This document shows, in pieces, positions 1 through 13,830 of a DNA stretch of 64,000 nucleotides (within the stretch, counting starts at the first letter, position 1; every line of letters begins with the position of its first letter). The notes under the pieces were generated by a model. It did not search any database. It had not been told where the DNA came from and saw only the letters and a program-made list of their open reading frames with translations. The stretch covers positions 44,950,001-45,014,000 of the forward strand of contig OX597824.1 in the NCBI GenBank assembly GCA_951406725.2, in the 5' to 3' direction. A program made the translations under genes and the position numbers. This DNA is from Octopus vulgaris (taxonomy: Eukaryota).

Positions 1-3000
1 GCCACTATTCAGTTTTTGCTTACTTTCCTTTTGCAAAGATATACCCTTTACAGTTTAAACTGTTGCTACCCATTGTGTGCAATTGCTCATTAACTCTGCT
101 TTATTAAGACTTTCCATTATTTCTGCCCCTCTTACACTCTTTTTCTAGGTAAATGCCTCCAAAGAAAAGACCTTTTGTCGGACAAAGAACACTGGAAGCA
201 GTTCAACAAGCAAGAAGGAGGTCAAGCAGTCAGCCTGACAGAACAACTAACCATCCATTACCGGTGTCACCTGTGTCCCCATTCAACTACTGGTGTACTG
301 TCCGTCGGCTATGCAAAACAGCTTCACAAGTTGCTGCTCGAGCGTCCGAGAGTGAAGACCAGCATGCTGATTGCAAATCTTAAAATGCTGCCACCTGCGC
401 TGCTGAAATGGAAGAACAGCATAGCCTGTGTCTGCTTTGAAATGCCAAAGCAACTGCTGCTGCCCAGGCTAATGCAACAGAAGGTCAACGAGCACTATGC
501 TGGTCCCGTGATGTGGCAGCAAGGGCTCCCACACAAGCTGCCGAACCCGAACAACGACGTGCTCAACAACGGTCTGGCAATACAGCCTCAACAGCGTCTG
601 CCTGAGCTGCTGAAACACAAGAACAGCATTCATGACAGCAGTCACATAATGCTGCTTCAATTGCGTCCATGCAAGCTAATGAATCTGAACAGCAACATGT
701 TCAACGACAGTCCAGCAATGCAGCCTCTGCAGCTGCTGTTTGCAATGCCAGAAAAGGGGTCTTCCTCATGCTCATATCCTAATTTGGTTGTCCACATGGA
801 TTGCATCCAATGCAAGTGACAATTTGATCTCAGCCGACTTCCCTGACCCCGCTATCAACAGATTATTGCCTCGGCAGTGAAGTGTACATGTTCACCCGGG
901 TCATCAAGAATGCTTCTACCTCTGATTGCTGCTTCATGAGGTAAGGGGTCAGCAAGAAATCCCCAAAACAATTCCTCCAGAAAACACAATCCGGGCACGA
1001 TGGGTACCCTCTGTACAGGCGAAGGAAACCAGAGGACAGTGGATTCACAGCACATGTTGGTCCGTATGAAGTAGACAACAGATGGATAGTGCCTTACTGC
1101 CCAATCCTGTCGAAGGCATTCGATGCTCACATAAATGTCGAGCTCTGCAATTCTGTAAAGTCCATCAAATATGTATGCAAGTACATCAACGAAGGCTCTG
1201 ATGCTACTGTGTTCAGCCTGCAACCAGACGGAGTCTGAGATGAAATAACGCAATACCAAGTAGGCAGGTACATAAGTAGTAATGAAGCCTTCTGGCACAT
1301 TTTGGGGTTTCCACAGCATCAAAGCATCCACCAATCCAGCAGCTTGCAGTGCACCTTGAAAGCGGCCAGCATGTGTACTTCACCACTTCCACTGCTGCTC
1401 AACTGATTGAGCAACCAAAAGATACAACACTCACAGCTTTCTTCAAACTCTGCCAGGTAGACCTGTTTGCGCAAGATCTGCTTTATCCTCAAGTCCCATC
1501 ATACTACACATGGAGTAAGTGTAAGTGGCAGTGAAGGAAGTCAGGCTGAACCGTTGATGGTTACTCTGAGATTAAATTTGATTATTGCCTCGGCAGAGTG
1601 TACATGTTCACCCGGGTCATCAAGAATGCTTCTACCTCTGATTGCTGCTTCATGAGGTAAGGGGTCAAAAGTCCTTCAACTAATTAAAGACCATGAATAG
1701 CCATACATGTGGAGAGCCTGCTTACTACGTGGGCTGCTAGAAGACGGTGCACAGTGGGATGCTACATTTGTGGAGGCTGCTGTTTCACAGTCACCGAAAC
1801 GTCTCAGAGCTCTGTTTTCTGTACTCCTGCACATTTGCCAACTTTCCGATTCCCATTCATTGTGGTTAAAGTACAGACATGACCTATCAGAAGACTTCCA
1901 TTACCAGGCCCAACTGCATCATACCTACTTGCCTGCTGAAAATAATTTCATTTACAACTGTGCTTTACTTGACATAGAGAACAAAACTGTTTCTCTGGGA
2001 GGTAATACCTTACCTACATATGGGCTGCCGCAACCATTGCGCCATGGGACACCTTCAATACCAACTGAGTTAATATGAGAAACGTCCTATGACACTGAAG
2101 CCCTTGATCAATACATCCAGCAAGATGAGCCCAAACTTTTTTTTCTTGATGCACCTGGAGGGAAAGGCAAAATGTTCGTTATTCAGCTTCTCCTTGCTAA
2201 AGTAAGGCACTGCAAAGATGTAGCTGTAGCTGTGGCCTCCTCTAGCATTGCAGCAACTTTACTGCCCGGTGACAGGACAGCACACTCAACCTTTAAGCTA
2301 CCATTTGATTTGGCAAGGTCTGAAGTGCCTTCCTGTAACATCACCAAAACATTTGAAAAGGGCTTGCTTCTCCAGAGTTACCAGCTGATAGTTTGGGATG
2401 AATGCACAATGGCCCACAAGCGATCCCTCGAAGCTCTAAATACCACTCTTCAAGACATCAGAGACAGTCCTGCTACAATGGGTGGTATAACTCTTCTCCT
2501 GTCAGGCAATTTCCCATAAACGCTTCCTGTAATACCCAAAGGAACCAAGGAAGATGTAGTCAGCGCCTGCCTAAAGTCCTCCCCCGCTGTGGAAAAATGT
2601 TACAACATTGTCTCTCAAAACAAACATGAGAGTGCAGCTTCGTGATGACCAGATGGCATCAGATTCTTGAATCTGACCATTTTGTCAATCGGCTGTTGTT
2701 CCGCTCGATGAAAACAGAGAACTGTCACTAACCCACCTATGCACCACTGTCAGTAATTCCGCTGAACTAGAGGCACATGTCTTTCCAAATCTACAAAAGA
2801 ACTACCTTGACATGAATTGGATTTCCAGTGGCTGCTCTCAATGCTAAACTGCTGCGTTCGCTTCCCAGAAGGCTGCACGTGTACGGGTCAATTGATTCTG
2901 TACCCAATGACGACTAGGCAGTGAACTATCCAGTGGAGTTTCTTAATTCCCTTGACCCACCTGGCCTGCCTCCTCATACACTGGAAGTTAAAGTCGGAGT

Positions 3001-4310
3001 TCCTGTCATGCTGCTGAGGAATTTAGACCCTCCAAAGCTTTACAATTGGTTATTAAGAAGACTATGCAGTACGTTCTTGAAGTCACCATTTTGTCTGGCT
3101 GTGGCAAAGGAGAGGACGTTTTCATCTCCAGAATCCCCTTCATTCCATCTGGTGCAGATATTCCCTTTGCTTTTCACCGTCTGCAGTTCCCGCTTAGACT
3201 ATGTTTTGCAATGTCAATCAATAAGTCACAGGGGCAGACACTATTTAGATGAATCATGCTTCTCACATGGTCAGCTATATATTGGTTGTTCCCAGGTGGG
3301 AAGCAAGGAAAGTCTCTTCATTTACTCCCCCTAGGGTAGAACGAAAAATATTGTCTACCAAGAGGTATTAAGATGAGACTTCATAACTGTTTACACTTTG
3401 TAAAGGTAATGTGCAGCTTCACAAAGCAGCTGATTTAGACATCATCCTCTCAGAGGTGTGTAATGGGCTTTACATCCACTTTTACTCTAAAACTAACAGC
3501 ACACAGTCAGCCCATTTCACAAAGAGAAACCTATTAAGTTACACCCATCTTAGGGCAGCATTTAGGTTTTTTACAAAAAATAGGAGGGATAATTACTCCA
3601 ACTATGGCTTAAGGGGCGATCGAGGATCTTTAAGGACATAACTTCAACCGATCATTGTTTTCTTATACGCTTCTAATGCATTCAATGTGTAAGCAGAAAG
3701 GAGGCATGCAATGTTACGCCAATTAACTGGTAGAGGCTTATGAAAAGGGCAGAGATACATAGAATGCATTCACTATGACAGTTTTGGGCACTCTGCGACA
3801 TAAATGGTGTGGACAAACATTAAATGTCGATACTACCCATACGTCATGACAACTCATCAATATTCAATCACTCTTCCCATTTTAGTGACGGTCATACTTA
3901 ACAATTGTTTAAACAGCCCAATCCTCAAAAATGCTCACTTGTGAAATACACGTTTTAATTCACTCTCTGTGTCTACATCTGATAAACCCAAATATAACTC
4001 TACACACCATTGCAATGCACACTACAACTTTGCATTATCGGATGGCACTGGGCAGCAGTGATACACAGAAGTATACAATGCGAGTCACTACATGGACGGA
4101 CAAACACTTATTTGTCATAGACTTAGTGATGTTAGATTGCATTGTCAACTCTAACCTTAATCTAAATAAAACTCTATAAAACTTTAGAATGCCCAATTCA
4201 TTTTTGCACTACCAATTGAGGTCTGGACTGCTGTAATGTAGACTGAAACATAACTAGACCCTCTAAATATTTACTACTTTGACCCGTGCAACACCGGGTA
4301 TTATTGCTAG
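1..4310 (+). mobile_element. Helitron, decayed autonomous-type; 5' end probably outside the window
   Basis: RepHel remnants at 153-3376. Canonical 3' end: hairpin acccgtgcaacaccgggt (4282-4299), then CTAG (4307-4310) followed by T. Confidence 0.92.
153..3376 (+). pseudogene. Helitron RepHel (HUH/Y2 Rep plus Pif1-family SF1 helicase), frameshifted with stops
   Basis: Manual translation from 951 gives GYPLYRRR..VDNRWIVPY..AHINVELCNSVKSIKYVCKY (Y2 motif). Also ECFYL.LLLHEVRG (~1625), Walker A FFLDAPGGKGK (~2140-2171), Walker [31 protein letters not shown] and C-terminal KNIVYQEVLR* ending at 3376. Confidence 0.92.
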
Positions 4311-4496
4311 TAAATAAATAAAATGTATGTGATTGGAGAATGAGTATCAAGTATTTAAACTTCACCCATCAGATTTCATACTATTTGTAAGTATAACTCT
4401 GATAGAGCTGAACTTTGAAATGAGTAATTCTAGAAAATCTAAACATCCTCTGAGCAATAGTATATATATATGTGGGGAAGTGTGTGTGTGTGTGTG

Positions 4497-4544
<48 letters not shown>

Positions 4545-5059
4545 GTTCCCCACTCACATCTAAGTTATATATAGTCCAAGAAACTGAAATGAAGTAGAAA
4601 TGAAATATGAATTAGGCAGATTTTATTCACAATAAACAGTTCGACTGTTCAATGGATATTGACACCTGTTTGGATAAATTGCTTGATCTAAAATTACTGT
4701 GATTTACATAAATAATTTTGGACAGCTGTTCTCCTTAAATAAACAGTGCCATATTTTCTAAGTTTTTATGAGGCCATTGACTTGACAGAGAAGTAAGTAA
4801 GAGGATTGTTACTGATACTTGTTGGTTGCACCATTCAGAATCTACAGAGTGGCAGTTCAGATCATGCTTTGATCAACTTAGCCTTTCATATCCTTGTGAT
4901 TATAAAATAAAGTTATCATTTTCCCTATTAAATTTTAACCACTTGCAACATATAACTATTAAATCCTATTAAATCCATAACTACTACATCCCACATGAAA
5001 AGCAAATTCAACACCAATGGGATTAACACTTAAAAAAGTAACAACATGAAAATATTGAT

Positions 5060-5267
5060 TTCAAATTTTGGCACAAGGCCAGCAAGTTTGGGATTGGAGG
5101 CAAGCTGATTACAATGATCTCAGTGATCAACTGGTACTTATTTTATTGACCCTGAAAGGATGAAAGGCAAAGCCAACCCCAGCATTTGAACTCCAAACAT
5201 AAAGATGAACATGATGTCTCTAAACATTTTGCCCAGCATGCTAATGATTCTGCCAGCTAGCCGCCTT
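5060..5267 (-). mobile_element. tRNA-derived SINE family A (Nin/Deu-like central domain) with probable 16-bp target-site duplication (TSD)
   Basis: Minus strand reads aggcgg..ctggcagaatc (A box), gagttcaaat (B box) and gcctttcatcctttcagggtcaataaaataagtaccag. Flanked by acatgaaaatattgat at 5044-5059 and 5274-5289. Confidence 0.85.
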
Positions 5268-5424
5268 ACATTGACATGAAAATATTGATATAAAGACATG
5301 ATGTTTACATCTGCCTATTACGTGCAGTGCTGGCTAAAATCTATAGATATGTTCTAAGGTACAGTATTACTAAATGTGATATAGTATTAAGTCAGACGCT
5401 TTATGCTGATTTATCACTCTAATA

Positions 5425-5805
5425 ATTGTTTCTAAATTAGACAAAGTCGGAAGTTTGTGGTGAGTGGAAAAAAATTGATTATGCTGACCCCAGTATTTAA
5501 TTGATTGGTACTTTTTTTTATTGACAATAGACAGATGAAATGCAAATGTTTAATATTTGAGTTTAGTATGTAAAAAGTCAGAACAGACATTGCAAGGCAT
5601 TTTGTCTAGTGCTCTAATGACACTGCTAATCCACTGCCCAGCCAATCACTCTAATATTGAATTAATTGTTTCTCATTTAGGTACAAGACCAGTAATTTAG
5701 AAGATTAAATCAACCTCAGTACTTGAACAGGTACTTTATTCTATCAACTTTGAAAGAAAGGGTGAGAGACAAAGCTGGCTTCAATGAGATTTGAATTCAG
5801 ATTGT
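5425..5805 (-). mobile_element. Two decayed family A SINE copies
   Basis: Degenerate matches to the 5060-5267 copy (gaccccagta..ggtact..gatgaaa..caaa; atttgaattcag). Confidence 0.6.
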
Positions 5806-7226
5806 AATAACAGTGACTGTCACATGATCACAAGGCTACGTAGAAGAGAAGTATAGAGGACTGAATTGACAACATACTGCTCTTACAACTCCTACTTCCA
5901 TACTCCTACCTACAGAATAGAAACATTCTTTAAGGCAAGGTGCTTCATACCATCCCAATATCTCACACTTGATAGCTAAGGACATATGCATATGATTAAA
6001 ATGGGGTTCTTGAAATGCTCATTGACTGACTATGCATTTAAATTCTAAATAAGAACTAATATAGAACAGACAAGACCTACTTTGTTCCCCTTGCATACGA
6101 CAACTTCTCTGGTGTCAGTAGCACAATAAAATACACATGGTACACTTTGTAAAGTTGTTGGCAACAGGAGCAGCACTCAACTGTAGAAAGAATGTCAAAC
6201 ATCACAAGTTAACTATTTAGGAGGTCAGTAACTCTGAATAACAACTGATACAGGCCACATAGGTACTCATATATATCTTTAATCCCTTTCTGATAGGATA
6301 ATCTCCCTGGTGCCAGTGGTACAATAGAAATATTCAGTACACACTGTAAAAGGGTTGGCCCAGTTCTCCAGGCCAACCACTGTGAAGTGGCTGGCTCTAA
6401 GAATGGGCCAAAATATGCTTGCATCAACTAAGCAATTAATTATTATCCCTATACTCTATATTTATTTTTGCTGTTAAACCCTTGCCCTTAAATGTTTCAA
6501 ATTGTATATGTATGCTATCTCTCTTCCACCTTCTCTCTCTGTCTATCTACGTTTTTCCCTGTGTAGTATTTTTTCTCTTTCTTTTTCTCTCTTTCTAGCA
6601 ATCACTTGCTCTCTGAAAATTTATTTTACAAGGAGATCTGCCATACTTAAATTTTGGTGGTCCTTTATGTATTACCTTTGTTCTTTATGTATTACCTTTG
6701 CCTGTCTGTCCGTCTGTCTCTTTCTGTATCACCCTGCATCCCCTCCTTCTCTCTCCCCCTTTCTCTCTGTAACATTCTACGTTTCTCTTACCTTCCTTGC
6801 TCCCTATATCACTTCACATCTCTCACCCATCTTTCTCTCTTTACAGCTTCCTCTATGAAAATTCGTTTCAGAAGAAAGGTATGTTATGTTAAAATTTGAT
6901 GACTCATGTGTATTGCATATTTCTCCAATTCTTAGAGATATTTATATATGCCTGTATCAGCAAAGTGTTTAATTGTTGTGACATGTTATCTTTATTTTTA
7001 CAATTAAGCCCTCACTCATTAAATGCTGGAAATTGTATATAAATGCCCTCACTTTTTACCATCCTCTCTCTTTATGCCCATCTTCTTTCCTGTCTCTTCT
7101 TTTCTCTCTTCTGTTTCCTTATCTCTCATTCTGTCCTCCTCCCTCTGTCTTCATCTCATTCTTTTTGTCCCCTCTCTCTTTCTGTGCCCCTTTCACTTTT
7201 CTCTTTCTGCACTACTCCATGTATAT

Positions 7227-7628
7227 CTATTTCTTTATTGCCCACTGAGGGCTAAACATAGAAGGAACAAATAAGGACAGACAAAGGGATTAAGTCGATT
7301 ACATCGACTCCAGTGCATAACTGGTACTTATTTAATCGACCCTAAAAGGATGAAAAGCAAAATCGACCTTGGCAGACTTTGAACTCAGAATGTTACAGCA
7401 GACGAAATACCTATTTCTTTACTATCCACAAGAGGCTAAACACAGAGGGGACAAACAAGGACAGACAAAGGGATTAAGTCGATTACATCGACCCCAATGC
7501 GCAACTGGTATTTAAAGGATGAAAGGCAAAGTCGACCTTGGCGGAATTTGAACTCAGAACCTAACGGCAGACGAAATACCGCTAAGCATTTTGCTTGGCA
7601 TGCTAACAATTCTGTCAGCTTGCCACCC
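7227..7628 (-). mobile_element. Tandem dimer of family A SINE with a variant 3' tail
   Basis: Unit ctatttcttta..ggctaaaca..aaggacagacaaagggattaagtcgattacatcgac..tttgaactcagaa..gcagacgaaatacc occurs at 7227-7410 and from 7411. Only the second copy continues into the tRNA head. Confidence 0.85.
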
Positions 7629-8397
7629 TTTACCCCCTGTATATCTCTGTCTCTTTCTGAGCAACTTTCTCAGTGAAAATGTATTTTGCAAGGGGATATG
7701 CCCTGTTCAAATTTGGTATATTGTTTCATTCTTTGGGATGCTTGTACCAACTAAGAGATTTAATAATCATCCCCATATTACCTTTATTTTTGCCATTATA
7801 CCCTTGCTTTTAAATACTGAAAATCTTGTGTTGTGGGTTATTGTGTTGTGAGATGATGACTAGTCGAGATGCTGAATGAAAATATATTTCTTGGACTCTG
7901 TGAAGAAATAACTGATAACATCCATGCGCAATTAACAGGTTTTATTATTGCAAATAGGGTTTTAACTGTGTTGGTCTTTTGAAAATACTGTCAGTAATAA
8001 TAACATAGTGGGAGAGACATACTTCTTGGAGTTTACAAGCTTACTGATACAGCAATTGTGGTTGGCCCATCACATCTAGAAAATAATGGCACTAAATTCG
8101 TGGAAACAAAATTTCCTGTCTAGTGTTGGCTATCTGTCTTGATTGGCTGGATGTGTCGAGAATAGAAACATAATGCACAGCTGCCTCAACATTTTGCAAT
8201 TACTGCCCAAAACTGCATTTTTATAGGGCTCAAGGAGAAGATTCTGGAAGATTGAATCATTTTATGGCTTGACATTGATTAATTGCTTAATAGATTGATC
8301 ATGTGAAACTACTGTGGTTTGATTGTGATGTCTGACCAGCTACCTAGTGGTTTGGTTTTGAATCACTGCTACACATGTATATATGCTCTCTCCCTCA

Positions 8398-8428
<31 letters not shown>

Positions 8429-8524
8429 TCTCTCTATCTATCTATCTATCTATCGATCGATCGATCTATATCTCCTATAGTAAGAACTAGTTGGACCTAA
8501 TCCCCAGTGACACAAGATAATCTT

Positions 8525-8880
8525 AAAAATGGAAGTTTGGGAGCTGAGAGATGTCTCTGTCAGGCATAGGTTCAGAGAAGCTCTAGATGGCACTTATGCT
8601 GAGGAAGAGATAGAAACCTATAACATAGAGGACAACTGAAATTTTTTTTATGAGAGCAACAGCAGACCAAATCTGGTTGGAGCAAGATTCTAGTCAGACA
8701 GAAGGAGATATGGTGGTGGAATGAAACAGTCAATCAAGTTATAAAATTTAAGAGATAGACTGGAAAGATTGGATGAAATTGGGGAACATGGAACAATATT
8801 GTGTTGTTAGAAAAGAAGCTAGATATCAGATGTACATAACTCAGAATGAAGTTGTAAGTCAGATGTTTTCCAATATTCTG
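8525..8880 (+). mobile_element. Decayed RTE-like LINE fragment (endonuclease-to-RT linker)
   Basis: Translates in part to EIWWWNETVNQVIKFK, resembling the WWNxxV..AI..K motif of RTE ORFs. Contains stops. Confidence 0.5.
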
Positions 8881-9649
8881 TGATATTCTGTAGGATATCA
8901 TTTTGTGATTTTGTTGTTGCTTAGATCATGCTTCCACTCAAGCAGATCAACCTTGATTGAATGGAAGTATAATCAAAGGGATTCCCACCATGACCATTGC
9001 CCATTAAGTTCTTATTTTTTTAAAGATAGTACAGTGTCTACTATTTTGTTTTTTAAGATGGTATGGTGAAATTTGAAGGTGATTCGGTTGCTATTTTCAA
9101 CACACACACACACACAAATATGTATGGTATGTATTTTGTAGGCAAGTTTCTCGAATTTTTATTTGCCCTACTAACAAAGAAGCAGAAAGTAAGAAACAAG
9201 CTACAAAGATAAAAATATGAAAAACAAATAATAAATACATGCAAAGAAAAAATAACAATAATGAAAATCATAATACTTGCACTGTATATTCCCCACCGCC
9301 CCACACACATGTTAGAAGGATTTGTTTGTTCCATATTTTGTATAGTATTTCAATAGCTGACCTGGGTTATATACACTGACATAGTTTTGTGGGATTTTCA
9401 TTTGATCTTAGCAAAAGCATTAAGAATTTATTTGTCAAGAAAGAGAAAAAGAAGAGGAAGGCTTAAATACATAGAGAGACAGAGAATAAGTGCCAGGCAG
9501 TTTAATCATAATTATAAAACATGGTAAATGAAATTATATAAAAAAAAAAAGAAGCAGTTTAGAGCTAGGTTGAAGGAGGCCATATTTCAAAATGTTCTTG
9601 ACAATTTAAATCTATGAGCTTATTTTTAATGTCAATAAGGACTGCATTG

Positions 9650-10877
9650 TAGATTTCTTCTGTGTACCCTATTTCTGTACAAGATTATAGCTAAAATTTA
9701 TGCATGACGCCTTTTTAGCAAAGTCATCAAAATAGTCGAGCTTAAACTGAAGTAGATTGGATGGTTAACAACATACCAAAACGTATCTTAGCTGTTTGAA
9801 ATACTGGAGCTTCTTGCAATGTTACAGCTCACAGAGTATGATTCTACAGCAATCCTAGTCTAAACCTACTTCTTTGCAGATGCTGCAAACTTTACTATTG
9901 ACTGTTCAAAAATCTTGAAATAAACTTGGACTTCATACTTCTTGGAGAAATTGCTCAAGAAAAGAAAATAAATAAAGGCATTCATATTGGTTGGAGTGTA
10001 GCATATACTCTTCAGATGGTATTGTCAAATCTTGACAGATAGACCCTCAATAAAAGCACTTTACATTTTTCATCTTCATTGCCCATTATCTTATATATAG
10101 TAGGAAAGAACCTGATAGTACAGCAATATTTTTTTAATGAGATCACAGTATGTTGACACAGCTTGAAAAAGGATTTAAGCATTATGTTCTTTGAAAGTTG
10201 TACTTGCTAAGTAGTAGTTGATAAAGTGAAGAAAACTTGTTGCCATTTTTGAAGTAGACAGCAAGCTGTTGACTGCAAAATCGATGCAACTCAACTTCTT
10301 ATTGGGAAAAGCAAAAATGCACCAAAGTCTCATTGCTGGTGATGTGTAATGGAATTAGATAACTTTGATACAGATGTTTTTCAGCAAAACAGTAACTACT
10401 GAAGCACAAGGGCCCTTGCTGACATATTTTCAGACATCTTTGATGAACTTTATTGAATGGCAGAGCTTAACATTGATGTGTGCAAAGTGTTCATCAGGTG
10501 TGAGTGATGGGAAACTATCTACCAATAGTCAATTTATTGATGTTCAACTATAGTTTGGAAGTCTCCACTGTTTAGTTGTTATTTTCTATAAAATGAATGG
10601 TCGTCTTCAACTGTTTGGGTTTTTGTGACAAATAGTCTTGGAAACAGCTTACTGCTTGTCGTCTTTCAAGGAAAGTGAATTCCTGTTACGAGCACCATAG
10701 GGTCCATAAACCACCTAGATTTTAACAATATATGAATACTCTCTGTTTCTGTCAGGATCTAGAAGTTTTGTTGATGTTGTGGTATCAATTAAACAGAAAT
10801 GAATTTTATTTAACTAGATCAATCTGTATATATTTGATATTTGCACATATGTATATGTGTTTTCTTGTTTGTTTGTT

Positions 10878-10916
<39 letters not shown>

Positions 10917-12060
10917 GCATATGTGTGTGTGTGTGTGTGCAAGTACATGCATGCATGTGTCTGGCAATCTCCTATTCTAATCTTCTATGTTATGTATATG
11001 GCATATAACAGGTTCAGATATTTGGCACTTTGTAATAAAATCCATCATCTTACTTAATTTTAAGTGGAATTTTTATCGAATTTTAAGTAGTTAAATGAAG
11101 CCTGCAAATGTATATTTAACATGGAAGGTCTCCTACCAGAACTTCTTTCCATTTGGAGAAGGTGAAAGTAATGAAGAGGTCTTAGTGAACATATATCATC
11201 ACAAACCATGTTCATTTTTGTAAGTACTAGAACTGCTAGTCAAACTTGAAGGGAAAATGTATGATTCACAATGCTCTCCTCTTGATACATCATCATTAAT
11301 TGCATTTGTAAATGCATATAAAACTCTGTCATCAGTTCTTTTTGATAAGTTCTAATGTAACACAAAGGAAGTCATTTGGGTGCAAGCAAAATGTGCAGAT
11401 CCATCTATAGCAGCAATGAGAAGCTGTCATTCAGGATCTGCTTTAGTGTCTTTGGTAGATTAGCGAGGACAGGTAGATTAACTTTTTGATTGTATCAGCA
11501 TTTCTTGACTCTGCACTTGTCCCAAACTTTAGACATGGTGTCAAATGGAATTATTTTTTCAGAACTATAGTCAAACCCAAGATCATTTTTGAAAGTAACC
11601 TTTTCCACAGTTCATGAGTGTATGTCTTGTGATCTGGACTCTAATTGTCTTGTTTTTTTTTTATAGCTTTCTGCCAGCCTAGCACTATTGTGGAGTTTCA
11701 TAGCATTCAATGCTTTTGAAGTAGAATTGTCTTCCAGCTAAGCCATTCATCCACCAGATGCCTCCAGTTGTCAATGTGCAACTTGTTTGGTAGCTTTCTG
11801 TTTAAGGAAAGTCTGTTGTTCATCAAGCATCCTCAATTGCCTATTTGCAATCTGTCTAGTAAGATTCTGTTCGAGGTGAACCTCACATTCTCTGTTAGTC
11901 TCAAGTCTTCTGTGAGCTACATTCTGGACAATATTGGCTTCCATTCTTCATTGTCACTATTCATCTGTTTCTGTTGCCCTCAAAACATGATTGCATTTAA
12001 CAGCAGAGAACATTTTGGAGGAATTATAGGTGGAAGCATCATTGAAAAATAAAGCAATTG
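9650..12060 (-). mobile_element. Probable highly decayed Copia-like LTR retrotransposon relic (gag to integrase)
   Basis: Minus-strand fragments in Copia order: THELWKRL (gag-like, ~11610), HFAHINVKL (GAG-pre-integrase-like, ~10480), F.TFINYY (cf. FIDDYS, ~10220), then DNG and YTP (~10090-9990). Many frameshifts. Confidence 0.4.
11020..11225 (-). repeat. Dispersed repeat, paralog of 13605-13830; possible hAT transposase fragment
   Basis: Shares tttggcact..aatccat..aattttaagtggaatttt..gaaagtaa.gaagag with the 13605 copy. Confidence 0.45.
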
Positions 12061-12544
12061 TAAATTCAAGGGAATTTTTTTAAATGTAAATTTTGAATTG
12101 AAATAAATTGCAATGTAGAATGAAAGATGCAAATTATTTGCACATGTGAGCACAAAGTGTCTAATTTGTGTGATAGCTGATATGAAAATGCATGCAAAGA
12201 GGCTAATTTAGAAATGGAAAAACTGCTAAAGGAGAAAGAATGTAAAGAAACAGATGTAATAAATAATTGGTACCACATGTTTCAAGAAGGATCAAAAATA
12301 TCTTTAAAATCAGCCAACATATTTTAACAAGTAGTGTATGCATGTAGTAAGGATGTATATAAAAAAAAGAGCACTTCTCTCTATTTTAAAAGCTAGCTCC
12401 CACACATATTCCTTGCCTGCTCACACATATGCATATAAGAGATGGGAAACATTTCTTTTTCTTCCTTCTCGTGAGTATACTATATTTTTTTTTAGACAGC
12501 TGATTACTTCCAGAGAGACAGACAGATAGAGAAAGAGAAAGAAA

Positions 12545-13050
12545 AGAATCAGCCCCAAGCAGGACCTGTACTGTATTTATTGACCCAGAAAGGATGAAAA
12601 GAAATGTTGAATTCAGGAGTATCTGAACTAAGAGAGAGTAGAGAACTGAAACAATTATCACAAGGCAATTTATTTGGTGCTCTAACTGCTCAGTTAATTT
12701 GCCACCTTATAAACCCTTTTTATTTTACCTTTTATTGATTTCACTCATTGGACTGTGGCTTTGCTAGAGTATGCCTTGAAGGGTTTAGTCAAAAAACTGA
12801 CTTCAGTAGAAATTTTTAAAGTCTGGTACTTATTCTATTAATTTATTTTGACAAACCTTTAAGTCACAGGAATCTAATCAAGCCAATACCAGTTGTCAAG
12901 TGATAGTGGAGGGACAAATGTAAACACAATGACACATACACAGAGCAGATTCTATCTACAATATTCACTCACATGGCATTGGTTAGCTTAAGGCTACAAG
13001 ACACTTGTTCAGTGTGTCATGCAGTGGGACTGAATCATATGGTTGCAAAG
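12545..13050 (-). mobile_element. Decayed family A SINE (12545-12710) followed by family B SINE with tail (12715-13050)
   Basis: gacccagaaaggatgaaa matches family A. gcagtgggactgaatc..ggttgcaaagcaagcttc is the reverse complement of the family B head, and the tail matches 54625-54810. Confidence 0.65.
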
Positions 13051-13187
13051 CAAGCTTCCTAAGTACATACCCATGCATGATAAATACAAAACATGCTTGC
13101 ATACATACATACATACATACATACATACATACATACATACATACACACACACACATACATACATACATACATACATACATACATACA

Positions 13188-13219
<32 letters not shown>

Positions 13220-13604
13220 CACACATCATCATTGTCATCAGCATCATCAGTATCATCATTAAGCATTTGCCTTCCATGCTGGCTTGCATTGGATGGTTTG
13301 ACAGAAGCCAGCCAGGTAGAAGGCTACTATATATATAAACAATTTTGAGAACTGAAAATTTTAATGAAAAATGTTTCATGACTGTAAATTTGTAACCTTG
13401 AACTCTTCTCCTTTGGAGTTATTATGAGAAATATATGTTGATTGAGTGGAGATTTTTGTGTCAATTCTTTTATGAAAGCTATGACTGATAAATGGTGAAT
13501 AATCAGAGTTGTTAGAACATTGTATAGGATGCTTTACGGTTGTGTGTGTAGCAATCTCCGTTTTAATCAGTCTGTGGTATGTAAATGAGACATGACAAGT
13601 TCAT

Positions 13605-13830
13605 ATGTTTGGCACTATATGATCAAATCCATTATTTTCCTCAATTTTAAGTGGAATTTTAATCAAATTTTGAGCTGCGAAATCATGCCTGTGAATACAT
13701 TCACAAGCACGATTTTGTGGAAGGCTCTTTATATGAATTTCTTTTCACTTAGAGTTGCAGGAGAAAGTAACGAAGAGAACTGAGTGCCAAAATGGTAGAT
13801 GTATGTCAACACAACTTATGTTCATTTATG
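13605..13830 (-). mobile_element. Possible hAT (Charlie/Buster-like) transposase fragment
   Basis: Minus strand encodes CECIHRHDFAAQNL, similar to the hAT HCIIHRxALAAK motif. A paralog lies at 11020-11225. Confidence 0.35.

Noticed and set aside
175-819. 214-aa ORF as a host gene
   Set aside because: It is an alternative frame of the repetitive, frameshifted N-terminal region of the Helitron RepHel, with no recognisable domain.
6845-6910. Hammerhead-like strings here and at ~35800, ~38015, ~39830-39900, ~46795 and ~54990
   Set aside because: Too many core or stem mismatches to distinguish from chance without a family consensus.
12983-13379. MYVC/HTYI/IYIY-type ORFs here and throughout the window
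   Set aside because: They come from (TACA)n, (TA)n and (CA)n microsatellites.
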